Of a stretch of 64,000 bases of DNA, positions 1-8,368 are shown piece after piece. The stretch comes from a virus. The DNA lies in IMG/VR virus record IMGVR_UViG_3300027974_000023, positions 1-64,000 of that record; one strand, written 5' to 3'. Position 1 is the first letter of the stretch. The number at the start of each line of letters is the position of its first letter. The notes under the pieces are model-generated. The model saw nothing but the letters and a program-made list of their open reading frames with translations. It ran no database searches and had not been told where the DNA came from. A program made the translations under genes and the position numbers.

Positions 1-1
1 C

Positions 2-244
2 AATAGTATTGAGCCTTATAAAGGCAAAAATGAAATTACTGTAAGGGGTAGGGGAGGCACAAGTTTTGAACCTGTACTTGACTATTATTCAGCTAATGGA
101 AAAAAGTTTACAAGTCTTGTGTATTTTACTGATGGTGAGTGTTACACCAGTCAGAGGCCAAAAGGAAATGTATTGTGGGTTATTTCTGAAAGATCACAAT
201 TAAACACAGCACTTCCTGGAAAAGTAATCAAGCTTGAGCTTTAA
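2..244 (+). CDS. 3' end of vWA-domain / DUF2201-like metallopeptidase (partial)
   Basis: Manual translation in frame 2: ...VRGRGGTSFEPVLDYY...LVYFTDGEC...VLWVIS...LPGKVIKLEL*. GGT and FTDG are vWA MIDAS-region motifs; lies upstream of a MoxR-like ATPase. Confidence 0.8.
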   Translation, partial: NSIEPYKGKNEITVRGRGGTSFEPVLDYYSANGKKFTSLVYFTDGECYTSQRPKGNVLWVISERSQLNTALPGKVIKLEL

Positions 245-279
245 TTCTAATTTAATTACTTGATCACATTTTTTGTGTT

Positions 280-287
280 TATATTTG
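280..287 (+). promoter_or_regulatory. Bacteroidota sigma70 -7 box (TATATTTG)
   Basis: Matches TAnnTTTG, 3 nt upstream of the ATG at 291. Confidence 0.55.
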
Positions 288-290
288 TAT

Positions 291-1031
291 ATGAAACTAT
301 TGACATTAAAAGAAGATTTAATTAAAAAATCTGGAATATATCTTATTGAGTGTAATTCTCATAAGTATATTGGAAGCAGTGTTAATTTATATGACAGATA
401 TAAACAACATGCTTATGCATTAAGGAAAGGAAAACATTATAATAGTTTTCTACAAAATCTGTATAATAAATATCCAGATAATATAAGTTTTAAGCTTATT
501 GAAATTTGCAGTAATTATATTGAAAGAGAGCTTTATTATATTGAATATTACAATTGTGATGTTAATGTAGAAAGAAATCCCGTAACTCAGGCAAAAAGCA
601 TTGAAACAAGAAAAAAATTAAGTATGGCTAACAGAAATAAAAGGTTAGGTAAAGAAAATCATGCTTCTGTAAAAGTATATCAATATACTTTAGAAGGTGT
701 CTATGTAAATGAATATAATACAATAAGAGAAGCTGCTTTAGCTGTTAATGGCAATGCTACATCTATAGGTGATGCAGCAAAAGGAGATACTAAATCTGCT
801 GGAGGATATCAATGGAGAAAAGAAAAATTAGATAAAATTCCTTGTATTTCCAAAAGACAAAGAAAGCCTTATAGTATTAAAAAAATAAGCATTTTTGATG
901 GTAAATCTTATTGTATTGTATCAAGTATTAAAGAAGCTGCTTTATTGTTAAATGCAAATGAAGGAGCTGTTAGAAAAGCCTTAACACATAATTTTAAGTG
1001 TAAAGGGAAAGTTATTAAGTTAGAATTATAA
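291..1031 (+). CDS. GIY-YIG homing endonuclease with NUMOD DNA-binding domains
   Basis: SGIYLIECNSHKYIGSS; NUMOD1-like KVYQYTLEG...TIREAA...SAGGYQWR. ATG at 291 preferred over TTG at 273. Confidence 0.9.
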   Translation: MKLLTLKEDLIKKSGIYLIECNSHKYIGSSVNLYDRYKQHAYALRKGKHYNSFLQNLYNKYPDNISFKLIEICSNYIERELYYIEYYNCDVNVERNPVTQAKSIETRKKLSMANRNKRLGKENHASVKVYQYTLEGVYVNEYNTIREAALAVNGNATSIGDAAKGDTKSAGGYQWRKEKLDKIPCISKRQRKPYSIKKISIFDGKSYCIVSSIKEAALLLNANEGAVRKALTHNFKCKGKVIKLEL

Positions 1032-1043
1032 AAAATTAAAGTT

Positions 1044-2216
1044 ATGAGTAAGTCAGTTCAATTAAATTTAGATGAGATTAAGGATTTTGTTAAATTCATG
1101 GTTAAGAATAACCAACACATTCAATCACAAGGTAAGGTTCCTGTAGCAATCAATATTGAGGGTGATGCAGGTTTGGGTAAAACATCTTCAGTTAAGCAAC
1201 TTTCTAAAGAGCTTAACATGGATGTAATTAGATTAAACTTAGCAGAGTTTGAGGAATTGGGTGATTTAGTAGGTTTTCCTGTTAAAGAATTTGAGATTCA
1301 AAATGCAGAGGGTAAGAAAACATGGATCAATGAGCACCAGATTGATGCTGCCATGAAGAAAGGTTACAAGGTAACAGACAAGAGAATGTCTCATGCTGCT
1401 CCAGATTGGATCCAAGGTAAAGGTGAAGGTGGATTCTTAATTCTTGATGACTACACCAGAGCTGACCATAGATTCATGCAAGCTACCATGACTCTTATTG
1501 ATGAGCAAGCATATGCTTCTTGGAAATTACCTAAGAACTGGCATATTTTGTTAACTACTAATCCAGACAATGGTGATTATAATGTAACTTCTCTAGATAT
1601 TGCTCAGAAAACAAGATTTATCTCAACTGAAGTTAAGTTTGATGTAAATGTTTGGGCAAGATGGGCAGAGACTGTTAGTATTGACGGTAGATGTATCAAC
1701 TTTTTGTTAATGCATCCTGAATTAGTATCTCAAAGTGTAAATCCAAGAGCAATTACAACTTTCTTTAACTCAATTAGTTCAATTGATGATTTTGGAAAAA
1801 ATTTACCAATAATTCAAATGATTGGTGAAGGTTCTGTAGGTCCTGAATTTGCATCTATGTTTACTATGTTTATTAATAATAAACTTGATAAGATCATTAG
1901 TCCTGAAACTATTATGACTAAGGATGAAACTTATGTTTTAGGAGCATTGAAAGGGGCTGTTGGAGAAGGAGATGATTTCCGTGCTGATATAGCAAGCGTT
2001 ATTTCAACAAGAATTGTCAATTATTCTTTAACTTTTGCTGATAAGAATACTGTTCCTAAAGAAATGGTACAAAGAATAGGCAAAATTGTTACTGATTGTG
2101 AATCTTTTACATCTGATTTAAAATATTATATGATCAAAGAGATTGTCAATGGTAACAAGAATAAATTTGGTTTGCTTATGATGCAACCAGAGATTGTTAA
2201 AATGGCTGTGAAATAA
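1044..2216 (+). CDS. MoxR-like AAA+ ATPase
   Basis: Walker A GDAGLGKT, Walker B FLILDD, sensor TTNP, LDIAQKTRF; partner vWA gene upstream. Confidence 0.85.
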   Translation: MSKSVQLNLDEIKDFVKFMVKNNQHIQSQGKVPVAINIEGDAGLGKTSSVKQLSKELNMDVIRLNLAEFEELGDLVGFPVKEFEIQNAEGKKTWINEHQIDAAMKKGYKVTDKRMSHAAPDWIQGKGEGGFLILDDYTRADHRFMQATMTLIDEQAYASWKLPKNWHILLTTNPDNGDYNVTSLDIAQKTRFISTEVKFDVNVWARWAETVSIDGRCINFLLMHPELVSQSVNPRAITTFFNSISSIDDFGKNLPIIQMIGEGSVGPEFASMFTMFINNKLDKIISPETIMTKDETYVLGALKGAVGEGDDFRADIASVISTRIVNYSLTFADKNTVPKEMVQRIGKIVTDCESFTSDLKYYMIKEIVNGNKNKFGLLMMQPEIVKMAVK

Positions 2217-2268
2217 ATCACAAGTGAGCATTTCACATAAAAAAACAATTTAATTATTATTAACCAAG

Positions 2269-2300
2269 ATAGGGGGTGATTACATCCCCTATTTTATTTT
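2269..2300 (+). terminator. intrinsic terminator
   Basis: Stem ATAGGGGGTG / CATCCCCTAT, loop ATTA, followed by a T-rich tract. Confidence 0.7.
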
Positions 2301-2309
2301 TAAAAGATT

Positions 2310-3680
2310 ATGATAAATATATTATATTTTAATTTGAATGGAAACAATAGAGATCCAAGAAATAGCAAATGGACTAGTTTTGATTTAAGTGACATCTCAC
2401 TTGAATGTGTTTCTGAAGAGTCTGACTTTTTTAATATAAGTAAAGATCCATATACACCAGTAAAAGGAGATAAATATTATTTTCTTGACAAAGTAAACAT
2501 TCCTAGAGTGAAATTAAAAGAATTTCATGATGAAAATGGTACTAAAACAGTGAGAGATATTACTCAAGCAACACATGTTTTTATTGGTGATGCTACTGAA
2601 GATTTTTATGTTGATAAAGCTTATAGATATTCTATACCTACAAGTTTATTTAAGAAGTTTGTTGAGTTGCATACTGAGTGTTTTGATACAATGCGTATTG
2701 AAGATATCAGACAAGCATTAGAGTTTTATAATGAAGACACAGTTTATCTTAATTATCAAGGTATAAAATTATTTGTTGATACATCATTACTTCACTATTC
2801 TGAATTAATTAAGGATCCTGCATATAATAATGATGATTTTCAATATTCTAAAACAGTGTATTATATTAAACCTGAGTATTTATCAATATACAACCAGATA
2901 AAAGATCTTACATTGTGTCATGAGTCTTGTTTAACTAGTGTACTTAATGGTACTAATGCTGCTGTTATTGATGAAGAAATGTTTGCTAGATTATCTGCTA
3001 TGTTTGACAGTAATGATAGAGATAACTGGGTTTTAGCAATGGAAATAATGGCAAATTCTAAATATGAAGAAAGTCTTTATTTCATAGAGTTGTTGTTTAA
3101 AGAACATTCCAGTAGAATGTATGACACACCAACTAAAAGACATGTTAATTTTAAATCATTAGTTACTTATCTTGGTAAAGGTTCTTATTTTAATACAGGT
3201 TTAGATAGTATAGTTAAAAGCTTGATTGATAAACAAGTTTTAACACATGACATACTTACTGATTTAATGCATAGATATAAGCAAGAAATTATCAGTGGAG
3301 GTGAGAGTACTTACTTTACAATTAAAGATATCAGTGTAACTGAAGAGATACATAATATTATCAATAAGAACTTTGCTTATAATCTAGTAGAAGATTTTGT
3401 TCCAGAGGTAGAAGAAGTTGTTGCTCCGGAAGAAGAAGTAATCTCTGATGATTTCTTAAACTACATTCCGACTGATGAAGAAGCAACTTTTACTCAATTA
3501 GGTGAAGAGCCTACAGATGAGATTGAAGAAGTAGTTGATGAAGTAATTGAAGAAGAACTTCCAGGAACAGAGATTGAAATAGAGATTGAATCTACATTTG
3601 AAATTGAAGAAGAAGTATTTGAAACACAAGTTGTTGAACCTAAAAAAGAAGAAGATGAGTCAAGCATTGATTGGTTCTAA
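2310..3680 (+). CDS. hypothetical protein with possible BRCT-like N-terminal region and long acidic tail
   Basis: 456-aa ORF; IPRVKLKEF...TVRDITQATHVFIG weakly resembles BRCT; Glu-rich C-terminus ending SIDWF. Confidence 0.6.
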   Translation: MINILYFNLNGNNRDPRNSKWTSFDLSDISLECVSEESDFFNISKDPYTPVKGDKYYFLDKVNIPRVKLKEFHDENGTKTVRDITQATHVFIGDATEDFYVDKAYRYSIPTSLFKKFVELHTECFDTMRIEDIRQALEFYNEDTVYLNYQGIKLFVDTSLLHYSELIKDPAYNNDDFQYSKTVYYIKPEYLSIYNQIKDLTLCHESCLTSVLNGTNAAVIDEEMFARLSAMFDSNDRDNWVLAMEIMANSKYEESLYFIELLFKEHSSRMYDTPTKRHVNFKSLVTYLGKGSYFNTGLDSIVKSLIDKQVLTHDILTDLMHRYKQEIISGGESTYFTIKDISVTEEIHNIINKNFAYNLVEDFVPEVEEVVAPEEEVISDDFLNYIPTDEEATFTQLGEEPTDEIEEVVDEVIEEELPGTEIEIEIESTFEIEEEVFETQVVEPKKEEDESSIDWF

Positions 3681-4674
3681 TGAGGAATTAGAACAGTTTT
3701 ACAAAAAAAAGTTTTACTTTAGCTACAGCGGGATAAATAAGTTGCTATTTTCTCCTGGCATGTTTTACAGCCACTATGTTCTTAACCAAAGAGAAGACTC
3801 AACAGACGCGCACCTGGTAGCAGGGCGCGTTCTGCATTGTCTACTATTTGAAGAAGATAAGTTTGAAGAACAATTTCTCACATTACCCGGCAAAGTGCCA
3901 ACAGATAGTCAGAAGAAAATTATTGATGGTATTTTTAAATATCATATGACAATTGGAAACAATACACTATCTTTGTTGGACTACTCTCAAGATATACTCT
4001 CCAATCTACTCTCAGCTAATCTCTATCAAACTCTCAAGACTGATCAACAAAGACTTGACAAAGTTTTAACTCCAGAAAACATAGAGTATTTTGATTTCTT
4101 AAAAGCTAGCCTAGGCAAAACAGTAGTAGATGAAGTGACTCTTAGCAATTGCAGAGCACAAGTTGAGGTCCTTAGAGCTAATCAAGATGTAAGAGCTTTA
4201 TTACAGTTAGATAGAAACTTGAATGATGATTCTATCAATACTGCAAGTGAGTTAAAACTAACCTATGACAATCCAGATTTATCATTTGGCTTACATGGTG
4301 TGCTTGACAATGTTGTTGTTGACAAAAACTCAAAGACCATTTTTATTAATGACTTAAAGACCACTGCAAAATCAATTCAAGATTTCCCGGAAAGTGTTGA
4401 GTATTATAGATACTGGCTCCAAGCTGTTATCTATTCTGTACTTGTAACAGACAAATTTTTAAAAGGAAGAGAGGATAAAGAAGATTGGAAAACTCAGATT
4501 ACTTTTATAGTAATAGATAAATACAATCAAGTTTATCCTTTTCAAGTGAGTGAAGAAACTCTAGTGAAATGGAAGGCAAACTTTAAAGAGTTAATTGTCA
4601 AAGTTAAATGGCATTATGACAACAGAAGATATGACTTACCATATGATCTAGCATTAGGTAATGTAAAATTGTAA
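3655..4674 (+). CDS. PD-(D/E)XK exonuclease (RecE/Cas4-like)
   Basis: FSYSGINKLL, GRVLHC, GVLDNVVVD...INDLKTT, YWLQAVIY. Start moved to ATG 3655 (MSQAL). Confidence 0.8.
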   Translation: MSQALIGSNEELEQFYKKKFYFSYSGINKLLFSPGMFYSHYVLNQREDSTDAHLVAGRVLHCLLFEEDKFEEQFLTLPGKVPTDSQKKIIDGIFKYHMTIGNNTLSLLDYSQDILSNLLSANLYQTLKTDQQRLDKVLTPENIEYFDFLKASLGKTVVDEVTLSNCRAQVEVLRANQDVRALLQLDRNLNDDSINTASELKLTYDNPDLSFGLHGVLDNVVVDKNSKTIFINDLKTTAKSIQDFPESVEYYRYWLQAVIYSVLVTDKFLKGREDKEDWKTQITFIVIDKYNQVYPFQVSEETLVKWKANFKELIVKVKWHYDNRRYDLPYDLALGNVKL

Positions 4675-4679
4675 AAATT

Positions 4680-5273
4680 ATGGCTTTAAGTTCAGTGTAT
4701 AGGAAATATTTCCAAAAATCCCAAGTATTTATATATCCGCTCTTGGGGATTCAAAGAGGTGCCCTTGTTATTCCAAAAACAACTTATTTAAGTTGGAATG
4801 ATAATGTTGCTCTTGAGGATATGAAACTAGTATGTGTTTATGAAATTGAGAACCAAGAGAAGTTTGATAACTTTTCTAAAGCAGTTCTTCTTAAACATCC
4901 TAGATTGTGTGGTTATGTTAAGACTGATAGCAAAACCAGTGTATTTACTTTTGACTTTAGTGACCTGGAAGAAAACTGGTGTCACTTTATAAATGGTAAG
5001 TACAGCAAAATCAGTATGAATTTAAAGCGTAAGATTTTAGATTTCTTTGACAAATCAAGTGGTAATTATGCCTATGTCAACAGTTATTTATTTCCTGAAA
5101 AACATTTTGATGAATATGCAGAATTATTAAATCATCCTGTAGAAGTTCTTAAAGAAGTTGGTGAGCTATGTAGTAAACCCAACTTTGAAAAAGAAAACTT
5201 AATACTAGATGTAGCAGATTTGGAAAATATATCAGAAACTACATTAAATTTGCAAAACAATGACAAAAACTAA
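4680..5273 (+). CDS. hypothetical phage protein
   Basis: 197-aa ORF in operon spacing. Confidence 0.7.
   Translation: MALSSVYRKYFQKSQVFIYPLLGIQRGALVIPKTTYLSWNDNVALEDMKLVCVYEIENQEKFDNFSKAVLLKHPRLCGYVKTDSKTSVFTFDFSDLEENWCHFINGKYSKISMNLKRKILDFFDKSSGNYAYVNSYLFPEKHFDEYAELLNHPVEVLKEVGELCSKPNFEKENLILDVADLENISETTLNLQNNDKN
5245..5252 (+). promoter_or_regulatory. possible sigma70 -7 box (TAAATTTG)
   Basis: TAnnTTTG match, with TTTG at 5219-5222 upstream. Confidence 0.4.
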
Positions 5274-5658
5274 ACCAATTTTTATGGAAAACAAAACAAT
5301 GATGATTGTTCAAGCTACATGGAATGAACAACAAACTTTTAGAATGATTCCTATTTCAGAATCATGTCCTTATGTAGAATGTATCTTTGACCCAGCTACA
5401 AAAGTATTTGTAATCATTTCTAAAATTACAAAAATGAGTCTTCACATGTTGCCTAAAATGGATGAGAATGGTGATCCAGTAGCATGCAAATCAGTAAGAC
5501 CTAATGGTAGAAACTTTAAAGAAGAGAGAAACAAAATTGAAGTTTTTCAAGAGTATTATGTTGAAGATAAAATTGCTACTGAAGATTTAATTAATCTTTT
5601 TGCAGTTAATGCTTCTACATTTGATTATAATGCATTCATGCAAGCAGAGGCAAAGTAA
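5260..5658 (+). CDS. hypothetical phage protein
   Basis: 132-aa ORF; true start may be ATG 5284; followed by a terminator. Confidence 0.7.
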   Translation: MTKTKPIFMENKTMMIVQATWNEQQTFRMIPISESCPYVECIFDPATKVFVIISKITKMSLHMLPKMDENGDPVACKSVRPNGRNFKEERNKIEVFQEYYVEDKIATEDLINLFAVNASTFDYNAFMQAEAK

Positions 5659-5666
5659 AATGATTT

Positions 5667-5700
5667 CACAGAGGGAAATCAACTTCCCTCTGTGCTTTTT
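5667..5700 (+). terminator. intrinsic terminator
   Basis: 11-bp perfect stem CACAGAGGGAA / TTCCCTCTGTG, 6-nt loop, then CTTTTT. Confidence 0.8.
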
Positions 5701-5787
5701 AACTAAAACGGGGAAACAGCTTAACTGAATTATGATATGAGGACACACATGAGGACATATTTATTTTGTTTCATAGTCAGAAATTAC

Positions 5788-5795
5788 TATCTTTG
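5788..5795 (+). promoter_or_regulatory. Bacteroidota sigma70 promoter (-33 TTTG 5765-5768, -7 TATCTTTG)
   Basis: Both boxes present with 19-nt spacing, upstream of the endonuclease ATG at 5814. Confidence 0.6.
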
Positions 5796-5813
5796 ATTAT
5801 TAAACTAATATTT

Positions 5814-6383
5814 ATGGAAACACAAATTTGTACTAAATGTAATACTGAACAGCTTATTACAGAATTTAGAAAAGACCAACATAATCCAACAGGTCATCAT
5901 GTTCATTGCCGAACTTGTTTCAATCTTTCTCAGAAAGAATATAGAACAAAAAATAAAGATTCATTTAATAATTATGCAAATAATTATTATAAAGAGAATG
6001 CTGAAAGAATTAAAGCAATGAGAAAGTTAAGAAGACAAGGCAAACCTACAACGGAATTTCATTCTAAAACTAAAATTTTTGATGAAACTTCTTATTATAA
6101 TAGAGGTGGTTGGAAAAAAAGAAGAGAAAAATCTTGGCGACAAAGAGGTATCATTGGAATGACTTATAATTTATATGAGCAAATGTTAATTGATCAGAAT
6201 AACAAATGTGCAATATGCAATTTAGAACATACTGATATTAAAAAACTACATGTGGATCATTGTCATAGTACTGGAAAAGTAAGAGGTCTTCTTTGCAGTA
6301 ATTGTAATAATGGTATGGGTAAATTAGGAGATTCTATTGAAAGATTACAATTAGCTATTAATTATTTAAAACAAAGTGTATGA
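5814..6383 (+). CDS. Endonuclease VII-family (HNH-like) homing endonuclease
   Basis: N-terminal CTKC...CRTC zinc finger; CAIC...LHVDHCHSTGKVRGLLCSNCNNGMG. Overlaps the polymerase start (ATGA). Confidence 0.9.
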   Translation: METQICTKCNTEQLITEFRKDQHNPTGHHVHCRTCFNLSQKEYRTKNKDSFNNYANNYYKENAERIKAMRKLRRQGKPTTEFHSKTKIFDETSYYNRGGWKKRREKSWRQRGIIGMTYNLYEQMLIDQNNKCAICNLEHTDIKKLHVDHCHSTGKVRGLLCSNCNNGMGKLGDSIERLQLAINYLKQSV

Positions 6384-8368
6384 GTCGTTGCCATTACGTG
6401 ATGGACTATGAGACTTTGAAAAATTGTTTTGTAGCCGTCTTTGAGGATGTAAGATCTGACAATAAAGAAATATTTGTTTGCCATGAGAGCAAGAATGATA
6501 TTGTAGATCTTGTTACCTTTCTAGAAAAAAATGTAGCATATAGAGAATGGCATGTTAGTTTTAATGGTTTGTCATTTGACAGTCAGATAACAGAGCATAT
6601 TCTTAGAAACAAGCAGCAATTGCTTTGGAGTAAAGGAGATTATATTGCTAGATTCCTATATGGTAAAGCCCAAGATGTTATTAGTAGACAAAATAGAGGA
6701 GAGTTCTCTGAATTTAGTCCAAAAGATTTAAGTATTCAACAGGTTGATGTATTTAAACTTAATCATTGGGATAATCCAGCTAAGAGAAGTTCATTAAAAT
6801 GGATTCAGTATAGCATGAACTGGGAGAATATCCAGGACATGCCTATTCATCATACTACTGAAATTGAAGATTATCAAATCAACCAAGTTATTACTTATTG
6901 CATTAATGATGTTAAGTCTACTAAGCAAATAATGTACTTAAGCAAGAGTCAGATTGATTTAAGAAGGACTTTGACCCAAGAGTATGGTATTGATCTTTAT
7001 AGTGCATCTGAGCCAAGAATTTCCAAAGAGTTGTTTTTATATTTTTTGAGTAAACAAACAGGTTATAAGAAGTATGACCTTAAACAGCTTAGAACTTATA
7101 GAACTGAGATTAGAGTAAAGGATATTATTCTTCCTTATACAAAATTTAAGACAGCAACCTTTCAGAATTTATTAGATAAGTTCAATGATATTGTTGTGTA
7201 TCCAGATAACACAAAAGGAGGGTTTAAATATTCTGTGCAGTATAAAGGCGTGAAGACAGACTTTGGTCTAGGTGGTGTACATGGAGCTAGGACAACAGGT
7301 ATTTATGAATCTGATGAAGAGATGGTAATTCTTTCTTCAGATGTTGTAAGTTACTATCCTAATCTTGCTATCAGAAATAAATGGGCACCAGCTCATCTTC
7401 CTAAAGCAGAATTTTGTGAGCTGTATGAATGGTTCTTTGATGAGAGAAAAAAGATTAGTAAGAAAGATCCTAAAAACTATGTGTATAAGATTATTCTTAA
7501 CTCAACTTATGGTTTGAGTAATGATGCTAATAGTTTTCTATATGATCCTGAGTTTACAATGAGGATTACTATCAATGGTCAATTGAGTTTGATGATGCTT
7601 CATGAAATGATTTGTGAAGAGATTCCAGATGTTATGCCGCTTATGCAAAATACAGATGGTTTGGAAACTCTTATACCAAGAAAGTACTATGATAGGTATA
7701 TGGAAATTTGTGAGAGATGGGAAAAGCTAACACAGCTTAAATTAGAGCATGGTACTTATCAAAAAATAGTACTGGGAGATGTAAATAACTATATTGCTGT
7801 CAATGAATTGTCTGAGGTTCCTAAAGATGTCTATGATAAGCTCAAGAAGGAACAATCTTATGATGTATTTGAAGAAAGAGATGGTAAATTTTATTATGCT
7901 AATGTAAAAGCAAAAGGTAGATTTGAGTTTAATAATTTAGCTCTGCACAAAAACAGATCATTTTTGATCATTCCTAAAGCAATTTATTATCATTTTGTAT
8001 TTGGTATTGAACCAGAAAATTATCTGCAACAAAATCAAGACATCTTTGATTATTGTGGAGGAGTAAAGATTAAAGGTAATTGGAAGTTTGTAGAGCACCA
8101 TGTTGAAATGGGATCTTATGTAAAAGATGAGCTCCAACATACTCTTAGGTATTATATATCTAAGACAGGTAGTAAAATTATTAAGACCAATCTTTCTGAC
8201 AACAGAGAGATTCAGGTTGAGGCCGGACCATGGATGCAAACAGTATTCATAAACTATGTAGAAAAACCTTTTGAGGAATATTTAATCCATAATGATTTCT
8301 ATTTACAAAAGATTAAGAAAGAGATTCATTCTCTTGAACAAGTCACAAACCAATTAAGTTTATTCTAA
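6380..8368 (+). CDS. polB: family B DNA polymerase with 3'-5' exonuclease
   Basis: ExoI DYE, ExoII FNGLSFD, ExoIII YCINDV; motif A SDVVSYYPN, motif B KIILNSTYG, motif C NTDG; C-terminal QLSLF. Confidence 0.93.
   Translation: MSRCHYVMDYETLKNCFVAVFEDVRSDNKEIFVCHESKNDIVDLVTFLEKNVAYREWHVSFNGLSFDSQITEHILRNKQQLLWSKGDYIARFLYGKAQDVISRQNRGEFSEFSPKDLSIQQVDVFKLNHWDNPAKRSSLKWIQYSMNWENIQDMPIHHTTEIEDYQINQVITYCINDVKSTKQIMYLSKSQIDLRRTLTQEYGIDLYSASEPRISKELFLYFLSKQTGYKKYDLKQLRTYRTEIRVKDIILPYTKFKTATFQNLLDKFNDIVVYPDNTKGGFKYSVQYKGVKTDFGLGGVHGARTTGIYESDEEMVILSSDVVSYYPNLAIRNKWAPAHLPKAEFCELYEWFFDERKKISKKDPKNYVYKIILNSTYGLSNDANSFLYDPEFTMRITINGQLSLMMLHEMICEEIPDVMPLMQNTDGLETLIPRKYYDRYMEICERWEKLTQLKLEHGTYQKIVLGDVNNYIAVNELSEVPKDVYDKLKKEQSYDVFEERDGKFYYANVKAKGRFEFNNLALHKNRSFLIIPKAIYYHFVFGIEPENYLQQNQDIFDYCGGVKIKGNWKFVEHHVEMGSYVKDELQHTLRYYISKTGSKIIKTNLSDNREIQVEAGPWMQTVFINYVEKPFEEYLIHNDFYLQKIKKEIHSLEQVTNQLSLF

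Noticed and set aside
244-1044. Group I intron around the homing endonucleases
   Set aside because: Flanking non-coding DNA is too short for a ribozyme core (46 and 12 nt here; 59 nt and an overlap at 36443-37084) and the host genes are complete without splicing.
3586-3654. ORF-track N-terminal extensions (3586, also 273, 5766, 9990, 51531, 58113)
   Set aside because: They use TTG starts overlapping upstream genes, promoters or terminators; downstream ATG starts fit better.
3655-4674. CRISPR-Cas system suggested by a Cas4-like nuclease
   Set aside because: No repeat-spacer array, no other cas genes, and no four-Cys Fe-S pattern.
6380-8368. Intein or split in the DNA polymerase
   Set aside because: All exonuclease and polymerase motifs lie in one 662-aa ORF with no intein-like insertion.
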